Positions 48,889 to 59,541 of a DNA stretch of 64,000 nucleotides are shown here, piece after piece. Each line of letters starts with the position of its first letter. Positions within the stretch are counted from its first letter, which is position 1. The stretch spans positions 715-64,714 of the forward strand of contig NZ_JAVXCI010000002.1 in the NCBI RefSeq assembly GCF_036659555.1. Reading direction: 5' to 3'. Origin of the DNA: Acinetobacter sp. GTDB taxonomy: Bacteria; Pseudomonadota; Gammaproteobacteria; Pseudomonadales; Moraxellaceae. A program made the translations under genes and the position numbers. The notes beneath the pieces were generated by a model. That model searched no databases, was not told where the DNA came from, and saw only the letters and a list, made by a program, of their open reading frames with translations.

Positions 48889-49773
48889 ATGATAGAAAAA
48901 GTATCTTTGAATTCACTGAAGTTTTTTTACTTTGTTGCGACATTTGGCAGCGTCACCCTGGCCGCGGAAAAATTATTCGTGACGCAAAGCGCTGTCAGCA
49001 AGCAGATTAAAAATCTGGAAGAGAATATCGGCATAGCGCTATTTGAGCGCTCGAATAAGCTGCTTCTTCTGACCCCAGAGGGCAAACTGCTGCTGAGCTG
49101 CTGCCAAAAAATTTTCAGCCAGCTGGAAATGTGCCTGATTGACTTAAATCAAAAAAACGCCGAAAAAAATCAATTGGTTTTATCATGCGAACCGACCCTT
49201 GCCATGAAGTGGCTGATTCCGCGCTTATCCAAATTTCAGGCGCTTAATTACGGCTTCAATATTGTTTTATTCACCGGCGGCGGCGCAGTAGATTTTGACA
49301 AAAGCGGCATTGATCTTGCCCTAAGGCGCGATGATTTCGCCTGGAGCAGAAGCATCTTCAGTGAGAAATTGGCTGATGAATATATTGTTCTGGCGAAAAG
49401 CCGGAAAATGGAAATGAGTCAAACTCTTCTGGTTTCAAAATCCAGACCGGACTTCTACAGAAAATTATATAAAAACAAGGCAATGCATAAAATTATTGCC
49501 GGCTGCCCAGTCATCGAGTTTGAGCATTTCCACCTCTGTCTGGAAGGATGCCTTTCCGGCTTAGGATCAACCGTTATTTCAATTTATATGATCGAAAAAG
49601 AGCTTGAATATGGTTTTTTAGCCAATATGGCGCCAGCTTTTAAAGACGGCTCGGCCTATCACCTTCTGTCCAATACTCCTTTTGAGCATGACTGCCGGAA
49701 AGCCATGTTCATGCAGTGGCTGAAAAAAGAGATGATGGACAGCCAGGCTAAAATACTGGCGCTTCAGCCATAA
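48889..49773 (+). CDS. LysR (GcvA-like) regulator divergent from lysE
   Basis: SLNSLKFF...SVTLAAEKLFVTQSAVSKQIK HTH and MKWLIPRL; more AT-rich than its neighbours. Confidence 0.9.
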   Translation: MIEKVSLNSLKFFYFVATFGSVTLAAEKLFVTQSAVSKQIKNLEENIGIALFERSNKLLLLTPEGKLLLSCCQKIFSQLEMCLIDLNQKNAEKNQLVLSCEPTLAMKWLIPRLSKFQALNYGFNIVLFTGGGAVDFDKSGIDLALRRDDFAWSRSIFSEKLADEYIVLAKSRKMEMSQTLLVSKSRPDFYRKLYKNKAMHKIIAGCPVIEFEHFHLCLEGCLSGLGSTVISIYMIEKELEYGFLANMAPAFKDGSAYHLLSNTPFEHDCRKAMFMQWLKKEMMDSQAKILALQP

Positions 49774-49943
49774 GCGCCAGCTACTGCGCAACCGCAAAGC
49801 CCTTTGCCGGGCGCCTGAATGCTTAGCTCCATCCTGATCTGCAGCTTACAAACCGCAGCCTGTTTTTACATGCGCAGGACAGCGCGCCGCCGGATTCTCC
49901 GCTAAGCTGGAAACTCCTTTTTCCATCAGCCATCGAGAGCAAT

Positions 49944-50168
49944 ATGACCACAGAGACTCCATCATCTGCTTTAGAGCCAGCTCAGCAGGATTCAGCGGCG
50001 CATTCGGCATGCGCAGCCAAAGCTTCCAGATTTTCCCCGACCCTGAAAGGCGCACTGATTGGCGCTGCGGCCGGCAGCATCCTTCCGGTTTTCGGCACAT
50101 TCAGCGGCGCGGTCATCGGCGGCATTGCGGGCAAAATCTATCAGAAAAAATGCGCTAAAAAGCGGTAG
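49944..50168 (+). CDS. Small glycine-zipper membrane protein
   Basis: GALIGAAAGSILPVFGTFSGAVIGGIAG hairpin and basic tail. Confidence 0.6.
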   Translation: MTTETPSSALEPAQQDSAAHSACAAKASRFSPTLKGALIGAAAGSILPVFGTFSGAVIGGIAGKIYQKKCAKKR

Positions 50169-50399
50169 CTTGCGGCGCTGCATGAAAAATCAGAAGTGGC
50201 CTAATTGCGCTTAGGCCGCCTAGAATAAATACTCTAATATATTGTTTTATAAAAATAAAAAATATCAAACTTATCCAATCTTGCCGGATTGATCATTTTT
50301 AATTGCTTATTTTTTGATATTATTTTCATGAATTTTAGCGCATTAAAGCGCGTCTCCCCATCCAGCCGAGCTGGGCTTTCTTTTGGAAAGGATAAAGCA

Positions 50400-50582
50400 A
50401 TGAACACCCTGAAATCTGTATCCGCTGCCGCTGTCATGGCGCTTTCTGCAACTGTGTCCGCGCAGGTTGTGCATGTGCCGGATTTCCCGGTGAAAAAAGC
50501 AGCGCCGGCGCAAGTCGCCGCTGCTGACAGCAAAGCGCCTGCTTCCGCGCAGGGCACTGTAAAATCTGAAAAAGCAGCTTAA
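50400..50582 (+). CDS. Small secreted Ala/Lys-rich protein
   Basis: AGGA RBS, signal peptide ending VSA, terminator at about 50608-50645. Confidence 0.65.
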   Translation: MNTLKSVSAAAVMALSATVSAQVVHVPDFPVKKAAPAQVAAADSKAPASAQGTVKSEKAA

Positions 50583-50841
50583 CTTTAAAAGCGCGCTTTT
50601 CCAGCAGAAAAAAGCAGACAGGCTAGCAGCCTGCCTGCTTTTTTATTTGCGCTGGTTTTTTCCCGGCAGCAAGCGCGCCCGGCGCCTCATGCGTGAAAGG
50701 CTGCTTCTTTCTTAAAGCTTGGATTTTTTGTCATTTTTTTCATCCCTGCGTCAAAATCTGACGTTTTTTTCATGTATTTTTTGCTGAAAACCCTATAATC
50801 AATGCAACTTTATTTATTCTTCCATGCACATAGGTTTTCCT

Positions 50842-51021
50842 ATGCAAGAACTTCAAGCGCTTATACAGGGTAAAATTTCGCCTCAGGCCGTCAGCATTGA
50901 TTACCTGATTGAAATGGCTGAAAAATATCAGCAGCCCAATTCTGCAGAATATAAATTAGTGGAGCTGGCGGTCAATATCGTCTTAGCCGGGCATTTAGAA
51001 AAAGCGCAGAAATTTCTTTAG
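50842..51021 (+). CDS. Small hypothetical protein
   Basis: 59-aa helical ORF with AGG RBS and upstream TATAAT; 13 bp before the next gene. Confidence 0.65.
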   Translation: MQELQALIQGKISPQAVSIDYLIEMAEKYQQPNSAEYKLVELAVNIVLAGHLEKAQKFL

Positions 51022-51034
51022 GGGACAGGTCTGA

Positions 51035-52369
51035 ATGAATGCGTTAGAAAAAGCGCTGCTCATTAAGGAACTGCACGATTTAATTGATAATTTAGAACAT
51101 CGTGCCTTATCTTTCTATGAAATCGCCAGCTCAAAAAAAAGAATCCATAATATTTTCGCCTTATGCGATGAAGCTATTTTTCACAAGCAGCTGTTAGCGT
51201 ACAAGGCGCTGACCGACCCGCATGCGGCAGCCCATGCCTTTGCCGACAGCACGCCATTCTCTCAAAGCTTCCGCGGCTATTTCAGCGCTGAACAGGCGCT
51301 GGAAGATGCCCTGTATGCAGCGCCGGAATCCGGCTGGGCCTTTCTGCATCCGCCGCGTGAAGGCTGGCAGATCTGGCTGATCCCCGCGCCCGGGCGCACA
51401 GCATTGATCAGCGCCTGGGGCAGCTTTGAACCGTGCTATGCCTGGCTGCTGGAACAGCAAAAACACTATGCCTGCCTGCGCAGCAATGCAGAACTCCGCG
51501 AACGCGCTGCAGCGGAAAACCTTGCAGCGGCAGCGCTAACCTTAAGCCCGGAGCCGCCTAAGCAGCGCCCGGAGCCTGCGCTGAATTGCAATGCAGCAGA
51601 TGCCGAAGCGCCTGATTTGACAGCCAGCGGCGCAGCCTGCAGCGGAAATGCAGCGCCAGTTCCTGAGTTTTTACAACTGAAGCAATGGACTGCACAGCTT
51701 CATGCTTTGCCTCAGCCGGAAGCCCGGCTGCAGCGCCTGTATGCCCTGGAACTGCCCGGCGCGCCTGAAATTTCCCAGCATGCCGACATGCTGCTGCACT
51801 GTTCAGAACTGGACAGCTGGCAAAGCCGCCCGGCCTATATTGCCGAACAGGTCAACCCTCAAGGCCGGTTCATTAAGCATCTGATTCTGCTCGGCGCGGT
51901 GGATGCCATGCAGGCTGTGCGCATGGCGCAGCTGTTCAGCAGCCAGTTTCAGCATGATATCGCCGCCCTGAAGGAAATTGGCTGGGAACCGCTCAGCGCA
52001 TGCCTGACGCATGCGGACGCGCTGTTTAAATGCAGCAATGAGCAGGCTGAGGCCGTATGGCAGGCTGAAGGCTATCATCCCTTCATTCCTGCGCATTTTA
52101 TCCATACCCGGAAATTCATTCAGTTTGCCGAACAGCAGGCCAGCAGCGGCACGCCGCTGCTGCTGCTGGAAGAGCGCCAGAAAATCCGCGTGATTCACGG
52201 CGAAAACCGGCTGGCGCTGTCCAGAACAGAGCAGGCCTATCCGCACCTGCTGCTGCACAGGCGCCACGGCCTCAGCTGGCAAATGATTCAGTCGATTATT
52301 GCCGGGCTGGCCCAGCCGGTGGATGTCATGGAATTACATGAGGCAATTCAGCAGCATATTTCCAATTAA
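51035..52369 (+). CDS. Hypothetical protein (two regions joined by an Ala/Pro linker)
   Basis: 444-aa ORF with genome-typical codon usage; no catalytic motif recognised. Confidence 0.7.
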   Translation: MNALEKALLIKELHDLIDNLEHRALSFYEIASSKKRIHNIFALCDEAIFHKQLLAYKALTDPHAAAHAFADSTPFSQSFRGYFSAEQALEDALYAAPESGWAFLHPPREGWQIWLIPAPGRTALISAWGSFEPCYAWLLEQQKHYACLRSNAELRERAAAENLAAAALTLSPEPPKQRPEPALNCNAADAEAPDLTASGAACSGNAAPVPEFLQLKQWTAQLHALPQPEARLQRLYALELPGAPEISQHADMLLHCSELDSWQSRPAYIAEQVNPQGRFIKHLILLGAVDAMQAVRMAQLFSSQFQHDIAALKEIGWEPLSACLTHADALFKCSNEQAEAVWQAEGYHPFIPAHFIHTRKFIQFAEQQASSGTPLLLLEERQKIRVIHGENRLALSRTEQAYPHLLLHRRHGLSWQMIQSIIAGLAQPVDVMELHEAIQQHISN

Positions 52370-52461
52370 ATAGTATTATTATTGCAGCTTATCCTTGCTT
52401 TTTGACTGAAAATTATACAAAACTACAGCTGAGCAGAGGATATATATAAGAGCTTTAAAAC

Positions 52462-53586
52462 ATGCCAAAAATCAGAATCAGCTTTGCCAAAAAAATTTTC
52501 ATATCCGCCATACTGGGGATGGCCTGCAGCGCTGCTTCGGCCAATGAAGCGGCAGCGCCTGCGCAGAATGCAGAAACAAGTCCGGCGCAGGACAGCACTG
52601 GCCAAGGAATTTTATTTCAAATTCCGCGGGTGATTGATGCCGTGCCGACTTGGCTGCCGGAACAGTCAGATCAGGGCATCACCCCGCCTACCGATCAGAC
52701 CGAAGACGGCACATGGAGCGACCGCCAGCAAAAAGGCATCCGCAACTGGGCAGATAGAACCGCCAATAAAATGGACAACTGGTTCGGCGAGCCGGACCCG
52801 AAGAAGCCCGCTTCTGCGACCTTGCGCGTGATTGTCGACAACCGCTGGAATAAGCATGACGGCTATGACATCAAGCCGCGCATCCGGGGAAAGCTGAAGC
52901 TTCCGGCGCTGGAGCGCAAAGTCAGCCTGGTCTTCGGGGATGACAGCCTGGATAACGAACTGGCAAACAGTGTCGCCATCAGCAATGAAAACGCCGCCGG
53001 CCAGCCGGACAAAACCGTGGACGGCCAGCGCGCAAAAGAAGACAACAGCTCATTGGCGCTGCGCTGGTCAAAGCTGTCCAAGCATATTCCTTTTGACACA
53101 GATCTGGACTTAGGCGTGCGTTCCGGCGATGACATCTACCTGCGCCTGAAAGCCAAAAAGAACTGGACGCTGCAAAATGACTTTTCACTGCATGCTGAAC
53201 AGATGTACCGCTACGGCGTCGACAGTGAAAACTATCTGCGCACCAACATTGAGCTGACCCATGCCCGCCCCAATCAGCCGATCCTGTCCAATCAGCTCAG
53301 CCTGACCTATGCCGACGCGCAGGACGATGATTTAAACTGGGACAATTTCATTTTCCGCCAGCATCAGTTTTTCCACGGCAACACCTTCAGCTACGGCCTG
53401 TATACCGGCGGCTTCCTGGACAATAAAGACCTGCGCCTCAACAGCTACGGCCCATTCATTTCATGGCGCCAGCCTTTTGTCAGGGAATGGTTTTTCATTC
53501 AAGGTGATCTCAATTACCTGAATGACCGCCGCGCGGACCGCAGCCATTTCATTGGCGCCTCAGTGCGTTTAGAAGCGCTGTTTTAA
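52462..53586 (+). CDS. Uncharacterised outer-membrane beta-barrel protein
   Basis: Signal peptide, MDNWFG motif, amphipathic strands, C-terminal VRLEALF. Confidence 0.7.
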   Translation: MPKIRISFAKKIFISAILGMACSAASANEAAAPAQNAETSPAQDSTGQGILFQIPRVIDAVPTWLPEQSDQGITPPTDQTEDGTWSDRQQKGIRNWADRTANKMDNWFGEPDPKKPASATLRVIVDNRWNKHDGYDIKPRIRGKLKLPALERKVSLVFGDDSLDNELANSVAISNENAAGQPDKTVDGQRAKEDNSSLALRWSKLSKHIPFDTDLDLGVRSGDDIYLRLKAKKNWTLQNDFSLHAEQMYRYGVDSENYLRTNIELTHARPNQPILSNQLSLTYADAQDDDLNWDNFIFRQHQFFHGNTFSYGLYTGGFLDNKDLRLNSYGPFISWRQPFVREWFFIQGDLNYLNDRRADRSHFIGASVRLEALF

Positions 53587-53601
53587 TCAGCGCCCGCCCA
53601 T

Positions 53602-53628
53602 AAAAAAAAGCCTCCTGACGGAGGCTTT
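53602..53628. terminator. Terminator between convergent genes (htpG side)
   Basis: aaaaaaaagcctcc-tgac-ggaggcttt. Confidence 0.8.
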
Positions 53629-53650
53629 CTGTTTTACTTTTGCCGCGGCA

Positions 53651-55570
53651 TTATTGCAGCAGCAGGCTGTTCACCCGCTTAATGTAGGCAGCCGGATCTT
53701 CCGGCAGGCCGCCTTCAGCAATTAAAGCCTGATCAAAAATCACGTTGGCCAAATCGTCAAACTGCGCTGCGCTTTCCAGTTTCTGCACCAGCGGATGCGC
53801 CGGGTTGATTTCCAGAATCGGCTTGCTTTCAGGCACAGGCTGGCCCGCCTGCTGCAGCAGGCGGATCAATTGTGGCGAAAGCTCGCCCTCGCCGGTCACC
53901 AGGCAGGCCGGGGAATCGACCAGACGCGTGGTGACGCGCACTTCCTGAGTTTTGCCCTTCAATGAATCGGACAGCTTGTCCACCACAGGCTTGAACTGCT
54001 CGGCTGCCTGCTCCAGCGCCTTTTTCTCTTCGGCATCCTGCAGGTCGCCTAAATCCACAGCGCCTTTGGCTACATTCTGCATCGGCAAGCCGTCGAATTC
54101 ATTGACGAATTCCATCGCCCACTCATCCACGCGGTCAGACATCAGCAGGACTTCAATGCCTTTTTTCTTGAACAGCTCCAGCTGCGGCGAGTTCTTGGCA
54201 GCGTTCAGGCTGTCTGCCGTCACATAATAAATGGCTTTCTGGCCTTCTTTCATGCGGGCTTTATAGTCCGCCAGCGATGTTTCCGCTTCATCATTGACAG
54301 AGCTGGAAAAGCGCAGCAGCTTTAAAATGCGCTCACGGTTGCCGAAGTCTTCGCCCAGGCCTTCCTTCAGCACGGCGCCGAATTCCGCATAGAAGGTTTT
54401 GAATTTTTCCTGATCTTTTTCATCTTCAGACTTCGCCAAGCTGTCCAGCAGATTCAGAATACGGCGCGCATTGCCTTCGCGGATGGTCTTCACATCGCGG
54501 CTTTCCTGCAGCAGCTCGCGGCTGACATTCAGCGGCAAGTCCGCGCTGTCCACAACACCCTGCACAAAGCGCAGGTAGTTCGGAATCAGATTGTCGGCAT
54601 CATCCATAATAAACACGCGCTTCACATACAGCTTGATGCCAGCTTTGGCTTCGCGGGTAAAGATGTTGCTGGGCGCTTTGCCCGGAATATACAGCAGCTG
54701 GGTATATTCGGTGCTGCCTTCAACCCGGTTATGCGTCCAGGCCAGCGGCGCATCAAAATCATGGCTCAAGTTTTTGTAGAATTCAGTGTACTGTTCATCG
54801 CTGATTTCACTCTTGCTGCGGGTCCACAAGGCGCTGGCGGAGTTAATCGCTTCCCATTCATCAGTCTTCACATACTGGCCGCCCTTCGGCGCTTCACCCT
54901 CAGCAGCCTCTTCCTCCTGCCAGACTTCTTTCTGCATTTCAATCGGCAGGCTGATATGGTCTGAATACTTATTGATGATCTGCTTAACTTTTTGCGCTTC
55001 CAAATACTGCAAAGCATCATCGCGCAGATGCAGGATAATGTCTGTTCCACGTGAAGCCTTGTCAATCTGCTCCACTTCAAATTCGCCGGTGCCAGCGCTG
55101 ATCCAGCGCACGCCTTCAGAGGCCTCCAGACCCGCGCGGCGCGATTCGACGGTAATTTTATCGGCGGCGATAAAACCCGAATAAAAGCCCACGCCAAACT
55201 GGCCAATCAGCTGCGCATCCGACTTCTGGTCGCCAGTCAGCTTAGACATAAAGTCCTTGGTGCCGGATTTGGCGATGGTGCCGAGGTTGTCAACCGCTTC
55301 CTGCTGGCTCAGGCCAATGCCGTTGTCAGAAATCCTGATAGTTCTGCTGTCTTTATCCAAAATCACGCGGACATGCAGCTCCGGGTCATTTTCATAATAT
55401 TCAGGATGATTAATGCCTTCAAAGCGCAATTTGTCGCAGGCGTCGGATGCATTGGAAATCAGTTCGCGCAGGAAAATTTCAGGATTGGAATACAGTGAAT
55501 GGGTCACCAAATGCAGCAGCTGAGCCACTTCTGCCTGAAAGCTGTGTTTTTGCGCGTTTTGCTCGCTCAT
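53651..55570 (-). CDS. htpG: Molecular chaperone HtpG (Hsp90)
   Basis: [45 protein letters not shown] and DLPLNVSRE motifs. Confidence 0.98.
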   Translation of the reverse strand: MSEQNAQKHSFQAEVAQLLHLVTHSLYSNPEIFLRELISNASDACDKLRFEGINHPEYYENDPELHVRVILDKDSRTIRISDNGIGLSQQEAVDNLGTIAKSGTKDFMSKLTGDQKSDAQLIGQFGVGFYSGFIAADKITVESRRAGLEASEGVRWISAGTGEFEVEQIDKASRGTDIILHLRDDALQYLEAQKVKQIINKYSDHISLPIEMQKEVWQEEEAAEGEAPKGGQYVKTDEWEAINSASALWTRSKSEISDEQYTEFYKNLSHDFDAPLAWTHNRVEGSTEYTQLLYIPGKAPSNIFTREAKAGIKLYVKRVFIMDDADNLIPNYLRFVQGVVDSADLPLNVSRELLQESRDVKTIREGNARRILNLLDSLAKSEDEKDQEKFKTFYAEFGAVLKEGLGEDFGNRERILKLLRFSSSVNDEAETSLADYKARMKEGQKAIYYVTADSLNAAKNSPQLELFKKKGIEVLLMSDRVDEWAMEFVNEFDGLPMQNVAKGAVDLGDLQDAEEKKALEQAAEQFKPVVDKLSDSLKGKTQEVRVTTRLVDSPACLVTGEGELSPQLIRLLQQAGQPVPESKPILEINPAHPLVQKLESAAQFDDLANVIFDQALIAEGGLPEDPAAYIKRVNSLLLQ

Positions 55571-55618
55571 CAGTTACTCCTTAAATTCATAGAACAGTGT
55601 TTTTATTGACTGTTATAT

Positions 55619-55647
55619 GAATGGAGCAGCTTTGCAGATTTTCAATG
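55619..55647 (-). promoter_or_regulatory. sigma32 promoter of htpG
   Basis: Minus strand cATTGAAA-13 bp-CTCCATTC upstream of a known heat-shock gene. Confidence 0.55.
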
Positions 55648-55670
55648 CCGGAATGGATAAAATTTAACGG

Positions 55671-56015
55671 CTAAAATGGCCCCTGCCTATAAATCCGTTC
55701 CATATACAGATCCAGCTTCTGCTGGCGCATCCTGTAAACGTCGCTCAGGCAGCTGAAGTTATCGCGGCACTGATCACGCAGCTGCAGCCATTTGAGCTGC
55801 TGCTCTTGAATCTCGCCCCGCGTTCCCATCGGCACCAGGCGCTTAATAATGCCGTATGTCACAGCCATTTTCACATCCGCATCATTCAATGCGCGGTGGC
55901 CGCACACGGCATGCTCGGTCAGAGTTTGCGCCTTCGCGCAGTCAAAGCTGGCGGCCTGCGCCGCAAAGCCGGCGGCGCACAAACATGCTAAAGCGGATAA
56001 TTGTCCTATTTTCAT
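55671..56015 (-). CDS. LprI-family lysozyme inhibitor-like secreted protein
   Basis: ASFDCAKA....E..VC and Q.KWL..RDQC.....CL...Y..R motifs. Confidence 0.8.
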   Translation of the reverse strand: MKIGQLSALACLCAAGFAAQAASFDCAKAQTLTEHAVCGHRALNDADVKMAVTYGIIKRLVPMGTRGEIQEQQLKWLQLRDQCRDNFSCLSDVYRMRQQKLDLYMERIYRQGPF

Positions 56016-56190
56016 TGCTGCGCTTCCTGAATATTATTCTGATTGATTTTCTATACTGCCTCAAGCCGGCAGCATTTTCAGCTGCGGATTCAACCGGCAG
56101 CATAATTTTACCATTTGTTATAATTTTATTTTAGCCGATAAAAAACCCCACCGGGAAGATGGGGCCTTTGCGCTGATTAAATTCTGGAAA

Positions 56191-56853
56191 TTAGAACTTG
56201 TAGCTGTAGCCGATTGTGTAAACCCACGGATTCACTTCCAAATCGCCTAATTTTACTTTCGTGCCGTCTGGAGTTTTTGCAGTTAATTCAGTTTTTACAT
56301 TTGCATAACGCACATCTGCAAATACACCCCAGTTTTTCGCATCCGCCGGCTGGAAATTAAAGCCGACTTGGCCAGCAACACCGTAAGCTATATCCGCATC
56401 TAAACTTTCAGCGCCAGTCGCATCTTTAGTTGTTTGAGAAAGTGTTTCATCCCACGGCACAACAACTGTCGCGCCGACACCTACATATGGCGTAAAGCGG
56501 GTCGAGTTTTTAAAGTTATACTTTGCTGTAATTGTCGGCGGCAAATGCTTGAATGATGCTGCATCATCAATTGCCCCAATGTTTACATCATGCTTCAAAG
56601 GCGCTGCCAATAACAGCTCTACTGAAAGAGGCGAGTTAGCAAAAATATATTCAATAGAAGGCGTGAAATTTATCTCGTTGCTTACTTCCGCTTTCATGGC
56701 AGCAGAACCGCCAGCTGCCAATGGAATATTCAGAGTGCCGTTATCATCGTTTTGCGGCGCTAAAGCAGAACCGCCAATTTTCACCTGCCACTGACCAGCC
56801 ATCGCAGAAGCAGACATCCCCAATAATGCAATAAAAGCAGCTTGTTTTAACAT
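56191..56853 (-). CDS. ompW: Outer membrane protein OmpW family
   Basis: SVELLLA.P..HDV, KHLPPT, FTPYVGVG and NPWVYTIGYSYKF motifs. Confidence 0.9.
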   Translation of the reverse strand: MLKQAAFIALLGMSASAMAGQWQVKIGGSALAPQNDDNGTLNIPLAAGGSAAMKAEVSNEINFTPSIEYIFANSPLSVELLLAAPLKHDVNIGAIDDAASFKHLPPTITAKYNFKNSTRFTPYVGVGATVVVPWDETLSQTTKDATGAESLDADIAYGVAGQVGFNFQPADAKNWGVFADVRYANVKTELTAKTPDGTKVKLGDLEVNPWVYTIGYSYKF

Positions 56854-57109
56854 TTTAAACAACCTTCTAGAATGAATAATTAAATATTAAACAATTGTTT
56901 CAATACTATGCAACATTATTAATTTACTTTATTTTTATTATTTTATATCTATTTGTTTATAATCATCATTTATTTTAAACCCAGCCCACAGCTTGGTTTT
57001 ATTTTTATAATATTTATTATAAATACATATTTAAATACCGACAGTTTTAATCAAGTTTAATAATGCGTTATTTTATTTTATACCAACCTTTTTAATCAGA
57101 ATTGATAAT

Positions 57110-57140
57110 AAAAAAGGCGATTTTAAAATCGCCTTTTTTT
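57110..57140. terminator. Perfect palindromic terminator
   Basis: aaaaaaggcgattttaaaatcgcctttttt is a perfect 30-bp palindrome just after the antiporter stop codon. Confidence 0.75.
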
Positions 57141-57144
57141 CATT

Positions 57145-58560
57145 TTAGAGCACCATGGCGGCGATCCAGCCGAAAATCAGCAGCGGGATATTGAAGTGGA
57201 TGAAGGTTGGAATAACCGTATCCCAGATATGGTCATGCTGGCCGTCAACCCCCAAGCCGGCTGTCGGCCCCAAAGTCGAATCGGAAGCCGGCGAGCCGGC
57301 ATCGCCCAAGGCGGCAGCGGTGCCGATCAGCGCCACGGTTGCCAATGGGCTGAAGCCGAACTGCACGCACAGCGGCACGTAGATGACCGCCAGAACCGGC
57401 ACGCTGGAAAAGGATGAACCGATGCCAATGGTGACAAACAGGCCAATAAACAGCATCAGGAAAGCCGCCAGCGCATGGTTGCCGCCAATGATATGCACTA
57501 CGCCGTTCACCAGCTGATTAATGTCGCCCGTTGCAGTCATCACCGAGGCAAAGCCGGCGGCGGAAATCATAATGAAGCCGACCAGCGCCATCATGCGCAT
57601 GCCCTGCACAAAAACATCATCGGCATCCTGCCATTTGAAAATTCCAGCGCCGGACAAGACTGCAAAACCGACCAGGCCGCCCAGAATCATGGAGCCTGAA
57701 TACAGCTGCGCGACCAAAGTCAGCACAATCGCCAAAAAGGCCATCAGCATGGTTTTTTTGGCAATGACCGGCGCTTTTTCCGCTTCCTGCTTTAATTCTT
57801 CCGCGTCGTCCGCCAGCAGCTGCACATCGCCGGCGCGGACCGGCTTATCCAAATCTATCGCGGTTACGCGCGCCACGGCGCGGTCGGTGTAGATGCGCGG
57901 CTTGCGGTAGCTGACAAAGACCGCAAACAGCATGCCCAGCAGCATGCCCAGCACAGGAATCGCCATGCCTGCCGGCATCATCCAGCGCTCTACATGCAGG
58001 CCGTAGGCTGCGCCAATTTTATTGATGTTGCCCATCAAAATCTGTTCAAGGAAAATGGCGCCGAAACCGACCGGCAGGAAGATGTAGGTCGCCACCAGGC
58101 CCATGGTCATGACGCAGGCCGCTGCGCGGCGGTCCAGTTTCAGATGGTTCATCACCTTCAGCAAAGGCGGCACCAGCACAGGAATAAACGCAATATGCAC
58201 AGGAATCAAGTTCTGCGAGCAAACCGCGGCGACCAGCAAAATGCCCAGCAGCAGATACTTCACCTTGGTGGCGCGGGCCTGAGTCACTTCAGCGCCGAGC
58301 ATGCCGATCAGCTTATGCGCCAGCAGATCCGGCAGGCCGGATTTCGACAGCGCCAAGGCAAATGCGCCCAAAACCGCATAGGCCAGCGCCACTTCGGCGC
58401 CGTCGCCTAAGCCGGCATTAAAGGCATTAATGGTGTCTGACAGGCTCAGTCCTGCGACCAAACCGCCAACAATTGCTGAAATGACCAAAGTCAAAACAAC
58501 AGAAACTCGCGCCATGGAGAGTATAAACATCACGGCAATCGCAATTACTACGGCATTCAT
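57145..58560 (-). CDS. Na+/H+ antiporter family (YuiF-like) transporter
   Basis: MNAVVIAI, SQNLIPVHIAFIP, GIGSSFS and GDAGSPASDSTLGPT...QHDHIWDT motifs. Confidence 0.88.
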   Translation of the reverse strand: MNAVVIAIAVMFILSMARVSVVLTLVISAIVGGLVAGLSLSDTINAFNAGLGDGAEVALAYAVLGAFALALSKSGLPDLLAHKLIGMLGAEVTQARATKVKYLLLGILLVAAVCSQNLIPVHIAFIPVLVPPLLKVMNHLKLDRRAAACVMTMGLVATYIFLPVGFGAIFLEQILMGNINKIGAAYGLHVERWMMPAGMAIPVLGMLLGMLFAVFVSYRKPRIYTDRAVARVTAIDLDKPVRAGDVQLLADDAEELKQEAEKAPVIAKKTMLMAFLAIVLTLVAQLYSGSMILGGLVGFAVLSGAGIFKWQDADDVFVQGMRMMALVGFIMISAAGFASVMTATGDINQLVNGVVHIIGGNHALAAFLMLFIGLFVTIGIGSSFSSVPVLAVIYVPLCVQFGFSPLATVALIGTAAALGDAGSPASDSTLGPTAGLGVDGQHDHIWDTVIPTFIHFNIPLLIFGWIAAMVL

Positions 58561-58674
58561 GAATAAATTTAGGGGAAGACGAAAAGCCGCCATTTTAGCA
58601 GATTAAAAAATCTTAAACTGTAATTTGATCAGCTTTCGGTCAGGCCTGCGCCGGGCTGCGGAAAAATCCGCGGT

Positions 58675-59541
58675 TCAGTTCTTCCGCGCAAAATCGCGGA
58701 TGCAGCCCGCAATCGCTTCGGGCTGGCTCAGCACCGCCCAATGATTGGCATCCACATCTACGCGGGAAAACTGCTCTGCCCATTTCGGCATTTCATCAAT
58801 CAATGCCGGGCTGACAAACTGATCGCGCTTAAGCACCACCGCCTGCACCGGGCAAACTGCATAGCGCGCGCGCGGCTTCAGCAGGCGCGGGGTAAAATTG
58901 GCGCGGTACAGCCCGACGCCGTATTTGCCGTCTCTGGCAATACTGGCATTTAAAGGCAAATCCGCGCTGCTTTCCAGCCGGGCGACAATTCTGCGCCAGC
59001 GTTCCGGACTGAAAAATCGCCAGGCAGCCGGCGCCAGAAACGGCAGCTGAAAAGCAGCGATGTACCAGGACTTGCCCAGCTGCCGGAAAAACGCCGCCTT
59101 TTCATGCCTGAATTGCCCGCGCATCCAGAAGGCCGCATGGTCCAGGCACGGCCCTGAAATTGTGGTATAGGATAAAATCCGCCCCCGGAACCGCGCGTCC
59201 GTAACAGATTCCCAGGACTGAATGGAACCCCAGTCATGGGCCGCCAGATGAAAGCTCCGGCTGCCCAATAGCGCATGCGCCACGCTGGCCAGATCCGCAG
59301 ACAGCTGCTCCAGCCGGTAATCCTTGACGCGCCTGGGCGCAGAGGATTGGCCCGCGCCGCGTACATCATAAGTCACGACAAAAAAATCCTGAACTAAGTG
59401 CGGAATCACCCGCTCCCAGACTTCCTGATGATCAGGATAGCCATGCACCAGAATCAGGGCGGGATTGCGGCCATCGCCCCAGCTTTTCACATACAGCCTT
59501 TGCTGATCGGCCGTGTTGACCCATTGCGCGCGCGCATCCAT
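58675..59541 (-). CDS. Alpha/beta hydrolase (epoxide hydrolase-like)
   Basis: LVHGYPD, YDVRGAG.S, AHDWGS nucleophile and NHW catalytic His. Confidence 0.88.
   Translation of the reverse strand: MDARAQWVNTADQQRLYVKSWGDGRNPALILVHGYPDHQEVWERVIPHLVQDFFVVTYDVRGAGQSSAPRRVKDYRLEQLSADLASVAHALLGSRSFHLAAHDWGSIQSWESVTDARFRGRILSYTTISGPCLDHAAFWMRGQFRHEKAAFFRQLGKSWYIAAFQLPFLAPAAWRFFSPERWRRIVARLESSADLPLNASIARDGKYGVGLYRANFTPRLLKPRARYAVCPVQAVVLKRDQFVSPALIDEMPKWAEQFSRVDVDANHWAVLSQPEAIAGCIRDFARKN

Noticed and set aside
56191-57110. AT-rich ompW region as a foreign island
   Set aside because: Lower GC is plausible for a highly expressed, variable OMP and its regulatory region; no boundary repeats or mobility signs.
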